Source: Gemmatimonadaceae bacterium (GTDB lineage: Bacteria; Gemmatimonadota; Gemmatimonadetes; Gemmatimonadales; Gemmatimonadaceae). From it: a stretch of 64,000 nt of DNA. Location of the stretch: contig DASWVQ010000274.1 of assembly GCA_036401195.1 (NCBI GenBank), forward strand, positions 14 to 64,013, written 5' to 3'. The notes under the pieces are model-generated. The model did no database searches. It had not been told where the DNA came from and was given only the letters and a program-made list of their open reading frames with translations. Position numbers and translations under genes: made by a program. Positions 45,536 to 54,300 of this stretch are shown here, piece after piece (position 1 is the first letter of the stretch; the number at the start of each line of letters is the position of its first letter).

Positions 45536-46296
45536 GCCGCCCTCCGCGTGGGAATACCGGCCCGCTCCATGGCGCCCTTGATCTCGCCGACGGTGGTGAG
45601 CCCATCGTGCAGGATGCCGGCGACCAGCGCGGCATCCGCGCCGGTCTCGGTGAGCACGACCGGGACGTCCGCCGCGCGGCCGGCGCCGCCGGAGGCGATG
45701 ACCGGTACCGGGACCGCGGCCGCCACCGCCTGGGTGAGGGCGAGGTCGTAGCCGGTGCGCGCGCCGTCGCGGTCGATGCTGGTGAGCAGCACCTCCCCCG
45801 CGCCGCGATCGACGCACTCGCGCGCCCAGGCGACGGCGTCGAGGCCCGTGGCCTCCCGGCCACCCTTCACGAACACCTCCCAGCCGCCGCCGTCGCGCGC
45901 GCGCGCATCGATCGACGCCACGATGCATTGCGCCCCGTACAGCGCCGCGCCCCGGGAGAAGATCTCCGGGTCGCGCACGCCCGCGGAGTTGATGCTCACC
46001 TTGTCGGCGCCCGCGCGCAGCGCGCGGCCCACGTCGCCGATCTCACGGATCCCCCCGCCGATGGTCAGGGGGATGAACAGCCGCTCCGCGGTGCGCCGGG
46101 CCACGTCGAGCAGCGTCGACCGCTCCTCGTGGCTCGCGGAGATGTCGAGGAAGGTGATCTCGTCGGCCCCCGCGGCCTCGTAGCGCGCCGCGAGCTCCAC
46201 CGGGTCACCCACGTCGCGCAGGTCCACGAAGCGGGTGCCCTTCACCACGCGGCTCCCCTTCACGTCCAGGCACACGATCAGCCGCCGCCGGAGCAT
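45532..46296 (-). CDS. hisF: imidazole glycerol phosphate synthase cyclase subunit
   Basis: RLIVCLDVKGSRVVKG, ADEITFLDISAS, PLTIGGGIR, VIASGGAG. Confidence 0.96.
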   Translation of the reverse strand: MLRRRLIVCLDVKGSRVVKGTRFVDLRDVGDPVELAARYEAAGADEITFLDISASHEERSTLLDVARRTAERLFIPLTIGGGIREIGDVGRALRAGADKVSINSAGVRDPEIFSRGAALYGAQCIVASIDARARDGGGWEVFVKGGREATGLDAVAWARECVDRGAGEVLLTSIDRDGARTGYDLALTQAVAAAVPVPVIASGGAGRAADVPVVLTETGADAALVAGILHDGLTTVGEIKGAMERAGIPTRRAA

Positions 46297-46844
46297 CAGC
46301 CGTCCCCCTCCACCTGGAGGGCCACCGCGCCCTTGGTGCTGAACACGGCGTCGCCCGACGCGGCGAGCGCGTCGCGCAGCGCGAGGGCCAGCGCCTTGAA
46401 CCCGGCTTCCACCACGTGGTGCCGGTCGCGACCACGCAGGACGCGCAGGTGCAGCGTCGTCTTCGCGTGATCGGCGAAGGAGCGCATCCAGTGGTCGTAC
46501 AGGCCGCTCGGCAGCGGGCCTTCGTAGTAGGACCGGCCGCCCACGTCCAGCGCGCAATGCACGAGCGCATCGTCCATCGGGATGGTGCGATCCCCGTAGC
46601 GCGCCGCGTTGGCCGGCACCGCCGCATGGACCGCGGCACCCACGCAGATCGCCACGTCCTCGATCAGGTGGTGCGGCAGGTCCCCCGTGGCCTCGACGGT
46701 GAGGTCGAGCCCCGAGTACCGCGCGAAGGTCACCAGCATGTGGTCGAGGAAGGGCACCCCGGTGGCGATGTCGGCCGCCCCCGTGCCCTGCCGCAGCTCC
46801 ACCCGGATCTGCGTCTCCTTCGTGTTGCGCGTCACGATCGGCAT
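46296..46844 (-). CDS. hisB: imidazoleglycerol-phosphate dehydratase (monofunctional)
   Basis: RNTKETQIRVEL, GVPFLDHML, DLPHHLIEDVAI, NAHHVVEAGFKA-like motifs. Confidence 0.95.
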   Translation of the reverse strand: MPIVTRNTKETQIRVELRQGTGAADIATGVPFLDHMLVTFARYSGLDLTVEATGDLPHHLIEDVAICVGAAVHAAVPANAARYGDRTIPMDDALVHCALDVGGRSYYEGPLPSGLYDHWMRSFADHAKTTLHLRVLRGRDRHHVVEAGFKALALALRDALAASGDAVFSTKGAVALQVEGDG

Positions 46845-46848
46845 GCGT

Positions 46849-47562
46849 TCACTCCCGGAATTCGTCGGCGACCGCTCGCGGATCGAGCGTGCCCGTGTAC
46901 AGCGCCATCCCGATCACCGCCGCGGCGACACCGCGATGCTCGAGGGCGCGCAGGTCGTCGAGGGTGGTGATCCCCCCGCTGGCGATCACCGGGAAGGCGG
47001 AGGATTCGGCCACCCCCTCCATGAGCGACAGGTCGGTGCCCTGCAGCTGCCCCTCCTTGTGCACGGCGGTCACGAGGAGTCCCGCCAGCGGGTGCTGGTT
47101 CAGCTCCTCCACCAGGTCGTCGATGTGCAGCGGGAGCGTCTTCGTCCACCCCCGCGTCACCACCCGCCGCTCGCGCACGTCGGCGGCGACGACCACCTGC
47201 CCCGGCCACGCCGCGGCGAGCGACGCCAGCCACTCCGGCTCCTCCACCGCGCGCGTCCCCACCACCACGCGCGCGGCGCCGGCGTCGAACAGCACCTCGG
47301 CGTCGTCGTCGGTGCGCACGCCGCCGCCCACCTGCACCTCGAGCCCGTCGAGGCGCAGGAGCTCGCGCACGATCGCCGCGTTGCTCCCGCGCCCCGTCGC
47401 GGCGTCGAGGTCCACCACGTGCAGGCGCGTGAAGCCGAGCCGCTCCCACGACCGCGCGACGTCGAGCGGGTTCCCGAGCCGCACCTTCTCCTCGGCGTAC
47501 GACCCGCCCACCAGCTGCACGCACGCGCCGTCGCGCAGGTCCACCGCGGGAATGGCGATCAT
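46849..47562 (-). CDS. hisA: 1-(5-phosphoribosyl)-5-[(5-phosphoribosylamino)methylideneamino]imidazole-4-carboxamide isomerase
   Basis: MIAIPAVDLRDGACVQL, LHVVDLDAA, VQVGGGVR, VIASGGI. Confidence 0.95.
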   Translation of the reverse strand: MIAIPAVDLRDGACVQLVGGSYAEEKVRLGNPLDVARSWERLGFTRLHVVDLDAATGRGSNAAIVRELLRLDGLEVQVGGGVRTDDDAEVLFDAGAARVVVGTRAVEEPEWLASLAAAWPGQVVVAADVRERRVVTRGWTKTLPLHIDDLVEELNQHPLAGLLVTAVHKEGQLQGTDLSLMEGVAESSAFPVIASGGITTLDDLRALEHRGVAAAVIGMALYTGTLDPRAVADEFRE

Positions 47563-48170
47563 CCTCGGACTGCCTCCAGGAAGGCGCGGACGAACTGCAC
47601 GCCCGCGGTCGAGCTCTTTTCGGGGTGGAACTGCACGCCCACGATGTTGTCGCGGCCGGCCGGGCCGGTGCGCACGCTGGCGGCGAACCGATCCCCCTCG
47701 TGCGTGGTCCAGCTGGTGACCACCCCGGGATCCGCCGGCCGGCAGACGTAGGAGTGAGCATAATACGCCACCTCGAGCCCCGAGCTGACGAGCAGCGGGT
47801 CCCGCCGCTCGTCCAGCGCGTTCCAGCCGATCTCGGGCACCCGCTGCGCGCGCAGCCGCTCCACCCGCCCGGGGATGACCCCGAGCCCCGCGCCGGACCC
47901 CTCCTGGGATTCCTCGAAGAGCAGCTGCATCCCCAGGCAGATGCCGAGCGTCGGCAGCCCGGCCATCACCGCGGCGCGCATCGCGTCGCGCCCGGGGGCC
48001 AGCGCCTCGGTCGCCGCGCCGAAGGCCCCCACGCCGGGAAGCACGAGTGCGTCGGCGGCGGTCGCGCGGGTGGGATCGGTCTCGATCACCACCTCCGCGC
48101 CCGGGAGGTCGAGGGCCTTGGCCAGCGAGTGCAGGTTCCCCGCGCCGTAGTCGAAGATCACCACCTTCAC
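47559..48170 (-). CDS. hisH: imidazole glycerol phosphate synthase glutaminase subunit
   Basis: VVIFDYGAGNLHS, LPGVGAFG, GICLGMQLL, VGVQFHPEKS. The GTG start overlaps the hisDC stop (GTGA). Confidence 0.95.
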   Translation of the reverse strand: MKVVIFDYGAGNLHSLAKALDLPGAEVVIETDPTRATAADALVLPGVGAFGAATEALAPGRDAMRAAVMAGLPTLGICLGMQLLFEESQEGSGAGLGVIPGRVERLRAQRVPEIGWNALDERRDPLLVSSGLEVAYYAHSYVCRPADPGVVTSWTTHEGDRFAASVRTGPAGRDNIVGVQFHPEKSSTAGVQFVRAFLEAVRG

Positions 48171-50575
48171 CGGAGCACCTCCCGCAACGCGGCGATCACC
48201 GTGTCCACCACCGCCCGCGGCGCCACGCTGATGCGCAGCGCCTCGCCCCCGCTCTCGCGAAGCGCCGCGGACACGGGCGGGAGCCCGCTGAAGGCGCGCA
48301 CGGCGATCCCGCGCGAGGCGAGCGCACCCCCCACGCGCACCGCGTCGCGGCAGGGCACGAAGACGAAGTTCGCCCCCGATTCCACCGGCTCGAGTCCCAT
48401 CGCCCGCAGCGCGGCATCGAGCGACGCGCGCACCGCGACCGCCTCGGCGACGGTGTCGCGCACCCACTGGCCGTCTTCCCGCAGCGCGGCGATCGCCGCC
48501 GCTTCAGCCGCCACGCTCACGGTGTACGGCCCCCGCGCCTTCTCCACCCCCTGCACCCCCGCCGGCGAGCCCACCCCGTAGCCCACGCGCAACCCGGCGA
48601 GCCCGAAGGCCTTCGACATCGTGCGCGTCACGAGGAGCCGGTCGCTCTCGCCCAGCAGTTCCACCGCGCTCCACCCCGCGAATTCCGCGTACGCCTCGTC
48701 GAGGATCACCAGCCCGGGTGCCTCGCGCACCACGCGCCGCAGCGCATCGCGCGACATCGTGTTGCCCGTGGGATTGTTCGGCGAGCACAGGTAGATGATC
48801 CGCGCCCCGGTCGCGAGCATCGCGTCAGGGTCCGTGTCGTACGTGGAGGTGAGGGGCACCGGCACCGGCACGAGCCCGTTCATCCGCGCGAAGGTCGCGA
48901 TCATCACGAACGACGGGTCGGGGTGCGCGAGGCGATCACCCGGCTCGGCGAAGGCCCGGATCGCCGGCTCCAGGATGCCGTCGGAGCCATTGCCGGTCAC
49001 CACCATCCCGGCGTCCACCCCGAGCATCGCCGCGAGCGCGCCCTTGAGCTCCCCGCCGAAGAGCGAGGGATAGCGGGTGAGCGCGCCCTCGTCGAGCGCC
49101 CGGATCGCGCGCGCCGCCGCGGGGGGAAGTCCCCAGCGGTTCGTGTTGTCCGACAGGTCGATGGCGAGGGAGGGGGTGACGCCCGGATCGTACAGGCGGA
49201 TCGCCTCGTAGCCCGCGCGTGGGGCGAGGAGCCCGGGCCCAGTCGCACGCGCGGCGCCCTGGCCCACGCCCGGCGCGACCGGTGCGTCGCACCACGCGCG
49301 GGCGGCGATGGCGTGACCGGGGAGCCCCTCGGCATCGGCGAAGGTGCCCACGTCGTCCGCCAGCCCCGCGGCCGCGGCGGGCGTCACGCGCTGGTAGGTG
49401 GTCCAGCGCACGAAGTCGAGCACCGACAGCCCCGAGTAGCTCCGCGCGAGCCCGCCGGTGGGAAGCACGTGGTTCGCCCCGGTCATGTAGTCGCCGAAGG
49501 CGTTCGACGCGCTCTCCCCCACGAAGATCGTCCCCGCGTTGCGGCAGCGCGCCACGACCCCGTCGGCGTCGTCCGCCATCACGATCAGGTGCTCCGCGGC
49601 GTAGGCGTTCGCGAGCGCGATCGCCGCGTCCACGTCGTCGCACCAGAGCACCCCGCCGCGGCTCCCGAGCGAGGCCTCGATGATGGCGAGCCGCGGCTGT
49701 GCGCCGGCCAGGCGATCGAGCCACTCCGCCACCGTGCGCGCCTGGCGCTCGCCCACCACCACGGCCACGGCGCATGCGAGCGGGTCGTGCTCCGCCTGCC
49801 CGAGCATCTCGCGGGCGACCACCTCCGCGCTGGCGGCGGCGTCGGCGAGCACCAGCACCTCGCTGGGGCCGGCCGGGGAGTCGATCGCCACCGCGCCCGC
49901 GCACTGCAGCTTCGCCTCGGCCACGTAGGCGTTCCCGGGGCCCACGATGCGGTCGACGCGGGGCACCGTCGCGGTCCCGTAAGCCATCGCCGCGATCGCT
50001 CCCGCGCCTCCCAGCGCGAAGACCCGGTCGGCGCCGCCCAGCGCCGCCGCGGCCATGACCACGGGGCTCGGCAGCCTGGTGGCCCCCTCGGGGGGCGAGC
50101 AGACGACCACCTCGCCCACCCCCGCCACGCGGGCGGGCACCACCCCCATCAACACCGAGCTGGGATACGCCGCGCGGCCCCCGGGCGCGTACACCCCCAC
50201 CCGCCCGAGCGGGTCGGGGCGCCGGCCGATCACGATCCCGGGCTCCGGGCTCGTCTCCTGGGTGCGTGGCAGGCCGGCACGGTGCACCGCCGCCACGTTG
50301 CGCGCAGTGCGCTCCATGGCGCGCCGGAGCCCGGGATCGAGCGACGCGAGCGCCTCGCGGCAGCTTTCCATCGCCACCTCGATGGCGCCGAGCGCCACCC
50401 CATCGAAGCGCTCGGCGTAGGCGCGCAGCGCGTCGTCACCCTCGCGGCGCACGCGGTCGATGATCTCCGCGGTGGCGCCGCGGATCGCGGCGTCGCTCGA
50501 GGTGGAGCGGTCGAGGAGCAGGCGGCGATCCTCGGCGGAGAGCGACGCCGCGGATTGAAGGAAGCGGAGCCTCAT
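48167..50575 (-). CDS. hisD: fused histidinol dehydrogenase / histidinol-phosphate aminotransferase (802 aa)
   Basis: HisD motifs (VGVYAPGGRAAYPSSVLM, IVGPGNAYVAEAK, AGPSEVLVLAD, QAEHD, GDYMTGANHVLPT) run without any stop, via a linker of about 25 aa, into HisC motifs (IDLSDNTN, LCSPNNPTGN, TRTMSKAFGLAGLRVGY). The ATG overlaps the hisG stop. Confidence 0.85.
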   Translation of the reverse strand: MRLRFLQSAASLSAEDRRLLLDRSTSSDAAIRGATAEIIDRVRREGDDALRAYAERFDGVALGAIEVAMESCREALASLDPGLRRAMERTARNVAAVHRAGLPRTQETSPEPGIVIGRRPDPLGRVGVYAPGGRAAYPSSVLMGVVPARVAGVGEVVVCSPPEGATRLPSPVVMAAAALGGADRVFALGGAGAIAAMAYGTATVPRVDRIVGPGNAYVAEAKLQCAGAVAIDSPAGPSEVLVLADAAASAEVVAREMLGQAEHDPLACAVAVVVGERQARTVAEWLDRLAGAQPRLAIIEASLGSRGGVLWCDDVDAAIALANAYAAEHLIVMADDADGVVARCRNAGTIFVGESASNAFGDYMTGANHVLPTGGLARSYSGLSVLDFVRWTTYQRVTPAAAAGLADDVGTFADAEGLPGHAIAARAWCDAPVAPGVGQGAARATGPGLLAPRAGYEAIRLYDPGVTPSLAIDLSDNTNRWGLPPAAARAIRALDEGALTRYPSLFGGELKGALAAMLGVDAGMVVTGNGSDGILEPAIRAFAEPGDRLAHPDPSFVMIATFARMNGLVPVPVPLTSTYDTDPDAMLATGARIIYLCSPNNPTGNTMSRDALRRVVREAPGLVILDEAYAEFAGWSAVELLGESDRLLVTRTMSKAFGLAGLRVGYGVGSPAGVQGVEKARGPYTVSVAAEAAAIAALREDGQWVRDTVAEAVAVRASLDAALRAMGLEPVESGANFVFVPCRDAVRVGGALASRGIAVRAFSGLPPVSAALRESGGEALRISVAPRAVVDTVIAALREVLR

Positions 50576-51450
50576 GGGGTGAGCCTCTCGATGCGCGTCA
50601 CGAGGATCCCCTCGGCACCGAGCGCCTTGAGGTCGGCGATGGTGCGATAGATCGTCTTGGCGTCGGTCACCGCGTGCACCGCCACGTGCCGCCCGCCATC
50701 CAGGATGTCGATCACCGTGGGGCCGTTGAGGCCAGGGAGCACGCGACGCACGTCGGCGAGGCGCTCCTTGGGGACGTTGGCCATCACGTACCGCTTCCCG
50801 CGGGCGCGCAGCACCGAGGTGAGCGCGGTGACGAGCTCCGAGAGCTGGCGGGCCCGGTCCCGTCCCTCCGGGGTGGGGTCGTCCATCGAGCCGCGCGCGA
50901 CGATCAGGCGTGCGGTGCTCTCCAGGATGGTCGACACCTCGCGAAGCCCGTTCACCTTGAGGGTGGAGCCGCTGGAGACGAGGTCCACGATCACGTCGGC
51001 GATGCCGATGTGGGGGGCGATCTCCGCGGCGCCGGAGATGGGGACCACCTCCACGATGCGCCCCGTGGTGTCGAAGTACGCCTGGGTCAGCCGGGGGAAG
51101 GCGGTGGCGATGCGGGCGCCGTCGGGGAGGTCGTCGGCGCTGGTGATCCCGCTCTCCTCCGTGGCGGCGATCGCCAGGCGGCACCGGCCGAACTGGAGGT
51201 CGATCAGCTCGTCGAGGGCGCGCCCGGATTCGCTCACCAGGTCCCAGCCGGTGATCCCCGCGTCGGCGGCGCCGTCCGCGACGAACTCGGGGATGTCCTG
51301 GGCGCGGACGAAGAGCCCCTCGAACTCGTCGCCCAGCCTGGCGCGGAGGGCGCGGTCGGAGCCCGCACGGACCTCGAGGCCGGCGTCGTTGAAGAGGGCG
51401 CGGGCGTCTTCGGCGAGCCGGCCCTTGTTGGGAAGCGCGATGCGGAGCAT
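50572..51450 (-). CDS. hisG: ATP phosphoribosyltransferase, long form with C-terminal regulatory domain
   Basis: MLRIALPNKGRL, QDIPEFVADGAADAGITG, DLVSSGSTL. Confidence 0.95.
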   Translation of the reverse strand: MLRIALPNKGRLAEDARALFNDAGLEVRAGSDRALRARLGDEFEGLFVRAQDIPEFVADGAADAGITGWDLVSESGRALDELIDLQFGRCRLAIAATEESGITSADDLPDGARIATAFPRLTQAYFDTTGRIVEVVPISGAAEIAPHIGIADVIVDLVSSGSTLKVNGLREVSTILESTARLIVARGSMDDPTPEGRDRARQLSELVTALTSVLRARGKRYVMANVPKERLADVRRVLPGLNGPTVIDILDGGRHVAVHAVTDAKTIYRTIADLKALGAEGILVTRIERLTP

Positions 51451-51498
51451 GAGTCGGGAGCGGGAGCCCTGGACGGGCTCGGGAGGTGTCTGGACGCG

Positions 51499-51531
51499 AA
51501 AAGGGGCCCGTCGGCATTCGCGACGGGCCCC
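51499..51531 (-). terminator. his attenuator: intrinsic terminator
   Basis: Minus strand GGGGCCCGTCG-cgaatgc-CGACGGGCCCC followed by TTTT, 48 nt upstream of the hisG ATG. Confidence 0.7.
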
Positions 51532-51563
51532 GGGACAGCGGCGGCTGGTTGGGAGGTCGGTCC

Positions 51564-51632
51564 CTATCCGCGCGCAACACCCCGGCCCGTCGGGCCGTGA
51601 TAGTGCGCGTGGTGGTGCAGGACGCTGACCAT
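51564..51632 (-). CDS. hisL: his operon leader peptide (22 aa, His-rich)
   Basis: ATG GTC AGC GTC CTG CAC CAC CAC GCG CAC TAT CAC GGC ... TAG = MVSVLHHHAHYHGPTGRGVARG. Five His in seven codons, positioned between a promoter-like element and the terminator. Confidence 0.65.
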   Translation of the reverse strand: MVSVLHHHAHYHGPTGRGVARG

Positions 51633-51639
51633 GGGATCA

Positions 51640-51668
51640 AGGCTAGGCAGGGGAGGGGCTCCGGTCAA
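51640..51668 (-). promoter_or_regulatory. candidate his operon promoter (would give a leaderless leader-peptide mRNA)
   Basis: Minus strand TTGACC (51668-51663), 17 nt, TAGCCT (51645-51640), 7 nt, ATG. No SD is present. Confidence 0.4.
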
Positions 51669-51761
51669 CCGGGGGCCGGCGGGCGCCGCCGTAGGGCTTT
51701 CCCGGCGCCGGATCATCCTCATTCCCATTGCAGAACTGGCCGGCTCCTTGCACCGCCCCCT

Positions 51762-51789
51762 TTGCACGGGATTTCCTCGTGAATAATTT
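51762..51789 (+). promoter_or_regulatory. candidate promoter of the cupredoxin gene
   Basis: TTGCAC (51762-51767), 16 nt, TAATTT (51784-51789). Confidence 0.25.
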
Positions 51790-51859
51790 CACGAACTCCG
51801 CGGGGGCCCCCGTGGAGTGTGCCACATCCCGGCTCGAACGAAACTGGAGGCTTCTGGAA

Positions 51860-52369
51860 ATGCGTTTCACGAACTTCGCGCTCCTGGGCGCTGCAATCGT
51901 CCTCGGCGCGTGCGGCGGCGACAAGGGCGCTACGACCGACACCGCGGCGACCGCCGAGAACACCCCCGCTGCCACGACCCCGGCGGCGGGCACGCAGGCC
52001 CCCGCTGCGGCGACCGGCACCGCGGCCCCGATCACCGGCACGACCCACGAGGTCAAGATGATCGGTGACGCGCAGGGCTACCGCTTCGAGCCCGCCAACC
52101 TCACCATCAAGGCCGGCGACGGCGTGAAGTGGGTGATGGTCTCCGGCGGCCCGCACAACGTGCACTTCGACCAGCCCCTCGAGGCCGGCAAGGCGCAGCT
52201 CGCGGCGAACATGCCGAACCAGCAGGGGGAGCTCAACAGCCCGATGTTCATGAACGCCGACGAGAGCTACACCGTCTCGTTCGCGAACGTGGCCCCCGGG
52301 GACTACGGCTACGTCTGCACCCCGCACGCCGCCCTCGGCATGAAGGGGAAGATCACCGTCACGCCGTAA
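51860..52369 (+). CDS. plastocyanin/azurin-like blue copper lipoprotein
   Basis: Lipobox LGAC, Ala/Thr/Pro linker, and type-1 Cu ligands GGPHNVHF and YVCTPHAALGM (Cys-x2-His-x4-Met). GGAGG SD. Confidence 0.88.
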   Translation: MRFTNFALLGAAIVLGACGGDKGATTDTAATAENTPAATTPAAGTQAPAAATGTAAPITGTTHEVKMIGDAQGYRFEPANLTIKAGDGVKWVMVSGGPHNVHFDQPLEAGKAQLAANMPNQQGELNSPMFMNADESYTVSFANVAPGDYGYVCTPHAALGMKGKITVTP

Positions 52370-52391
52370 GCCGGATCGGTGCGTCACGCCG

Positions 52392-52424
52392 GAGCGCCGC
52401 CCCTCGGGGCGGCGCTCTTTTTTT
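52392..52424 (+). terminator. intrinsic terminator after the cupredoxin gene
   Basis: gagcgccgccc-ctcg-gggcggcgctc followed by T7. Confidence 0.8.
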
Positions 52425-52491
52425 CGCCCCCCCCCGTGGCCCGCCTCGTGCGCTTGCGCCCAGCGCACTCCCCTGGAGATTTGTCCGCGAC

Positions 52492-54291
52492 ATGAGTCCC
52501 GCTGCTCCCCCTCCCGTCCGCCCGAAGCCGCGGCGCCCCACCCCGCGGCGCGGGAACCTGCGTCGCTCCTTCCACGGGGCGACGCGTGCCGCGTGGATGG
52601 GCGCCCGCGCGCGCAATGCGCTGCGCCGGCCGGCATTCATCGGCGCGATTTCCGCGGGGGCCTTCGTCGCCGCGCTGACGGCGCTCATCGTCATCCCGCT
52701 CCAGGAGCGCAAGGGCGACGTGCCCCTCGATCCCGCGGTCCTGTCGCGTCCGGCGGTCGACACGATTCCCGCGTCGCAGTCGCTCAGCGTGGCGCAGCTG
52801 CGCGTGACCGCCGCCGACTCCGCGCTGCAGGACGCGCGCACCGCCGCGCAGCGGCTCACCGCCTCGCTCGCCGAGGCGGCGCTCACGCCCGAAGCCTCGC
52901 AGCAGCGCGACTCGATCGCGGCGCGGATGCAGGTGCTCGACACCATGGTGGCCCGCGCCGAGAACGTGCCCCTCCCCACGTCGTACCGCGCGCTCGCCTC
53001 GCTCCCCGACGTGGCCGCGGTTCCCCGCGTCCGCGCACTCGTGGACTCGCTCGCCGACGTGGAGCGCGAACGCGAGAGCATGGCGGGAGCGGGGGGCGCC
53101 GACCCGGCCTTCATCTCCCTCACCTCGCGGCTCAACGAGATCGGCGCCGCCATCCGTGCGGCCGCGGCCGAGCGGCGGTCGGCGATGCAGCGCGAGTTCG
53201 CCGCCCTGGCTCCCCCGCCCCCGCCCCAGCCCGATGTCGTGGCCGCCGCCGACACCGCGGCGGTGCTGGTCGAGGCCGCGGCCGCCCGCGCCGCCCTCGA
53301 CAGCGCCACCACCCGCATGGCGCTCGTGCGGAAGGCCGCGATCGACAGCGCCGCCTCCCGCCAGCGCTCCGCGCCGGCGAGGCAGCAGGGGGTTCCCCCC
53401 CTCGCCCTCCTCGGGGCGGCCCTGGTGATCGGCGCGGCGCTCGGCTTCGGCGCGGCCTTCGGCGACGAGCTGCGCCATTCCCGCCTCGCCGATGCCCAGG
53501 AGGCCGAGCGGGTCACCGGGCTGCGCGTGCTGGGCACCGTCCGCCCGCGTCCACGCCATCCGGACCTGATGCGGCGCCAGAGCGACCGGGAGATGCCCCC
53601 GTACATCGATCCGAGGAACGAGGGCTACCAGCTCGCGTACCTCTCCGCGGCCACGAGCGAGCGCAGCCTGCTCATCGTCACCGTCACGGGGCAGGAGCCC
53701 GAGGTGTGCGCGGTGGTCGCGTCGAACTTCGCCGCGATCTCCGCCGAGGAGGCGCGCAGCACCCTCCTGGTCGACACCGACTCCACCGCGTGCGACGTCG
53801 CGGCGGCGCTGCAGGTCCACGCCGAGCCGGGAGTGGTGGACATCGCCGACGGCACGGCCGACTGGGCCGAGGCCACGCAGCAGGTCACCATCGGGCGGAG
53901 CGGCAACTTCGACGTGGTCGCCAGCGGCACGGCCGCGCCGGCCCCCGCCGACGAGGAGCTGCGGCAGCTCATGGCGGGAGACCTCACGCGACTGTCACGC
54001 CGCTACGACACCGTGGTGCTCACGATGGCGCACCAGCAGGCGCTGGGCGGGCTGGCTTCGGCGCTGCCGGGCGACAGCGTGATCTACTGCGTGCGGGTGG
54101 GCGCCACGCGCATCCGGGACCTGCTGCGCGCGGTATCGCAGCTGAGCGACGCGGGCACCCCGCCCCTGGGGCTGGTGGTGTGGGACGCCGACGTCCCGGA
54201 GCTTCCCCCGCCGGAGGAGCTGGCGCACCGGCGCGGGCGCCCCCGCCGCACCAGCGAGTACGCCGTCCCCCGCCCGGCGACCACGGGGTAG
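52492..54291 (+). CDS. polysaccharide co-polymerase (Wzz/GumC)-like membrane protein with degenerate BY-kinase-like domain
   Basis: Two TM segments flank a long coiled periplasmic region. The C-terminal domain aligns with BY-kinase (LLIVTVTGQEPEVCAVVASNFA...TLLVDTDS, YDTVVLTM) but lacks GxxGxGKS/T. Confidence 0.65.
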   Translation: MSPAAPPPVRPKPRRPTPRRGNLRRSFHGATRAAWMGARARNALRRPAFIGAISAGAFVAALTALIVIPLQERKGDVPLDPAVLSRPAVDTIPASQSLSVAQLRVTAADSALQDARTAAQRLTASLAEAALTPEASQQRDSIAARMQVLDTMVARAENVPLPTSYRALASLPDVAAVPRVRALVDSLADVERERESMAGAGGADPAFISLTSRLNEIGAAIRAAAAERRSAMQREFAALAPPPPPQPDVVAAADTAAVLVEAAAARAALDSATTRMALVRKAAIDSAASRQRSAPARQQGVPPLALLGAALVIGAALGFGAAFGDELRHSRLADAQEAERVTGLRVLGTVRPRPRHPDLMRRQSDREMPPYIDPRNEGYQLAYLSAATSERSLLIVTVTGQEPEVCAVVASNFAAISAEEARSTLLVDTDSTACDVAAALQVHAEPGVVDIADGTADWAEATQQVTIGRSGNFDVVASGTAAPAPADEELRQLMAGDLTRLSRRYDTVVLTMAHQQALGGLASALPGDSVIYCVRVGATRIRDLLRAVSQLSDAGTPPLGLVVWDADVPELPPPEELAHRRGRPRRTSEYAVPRPATTG

Positions 54292-54300
54292 ATTGCCCGG

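Noticed and set aside
52427-52435. C9 homopolymer after the cupredoxin terminator, considered as a phase-variation tract.
   Set aside because: At this base composition, single 9-nt C or G runs are expected several times per 64 kb by chance. It is noted only as context for the downstream gene.
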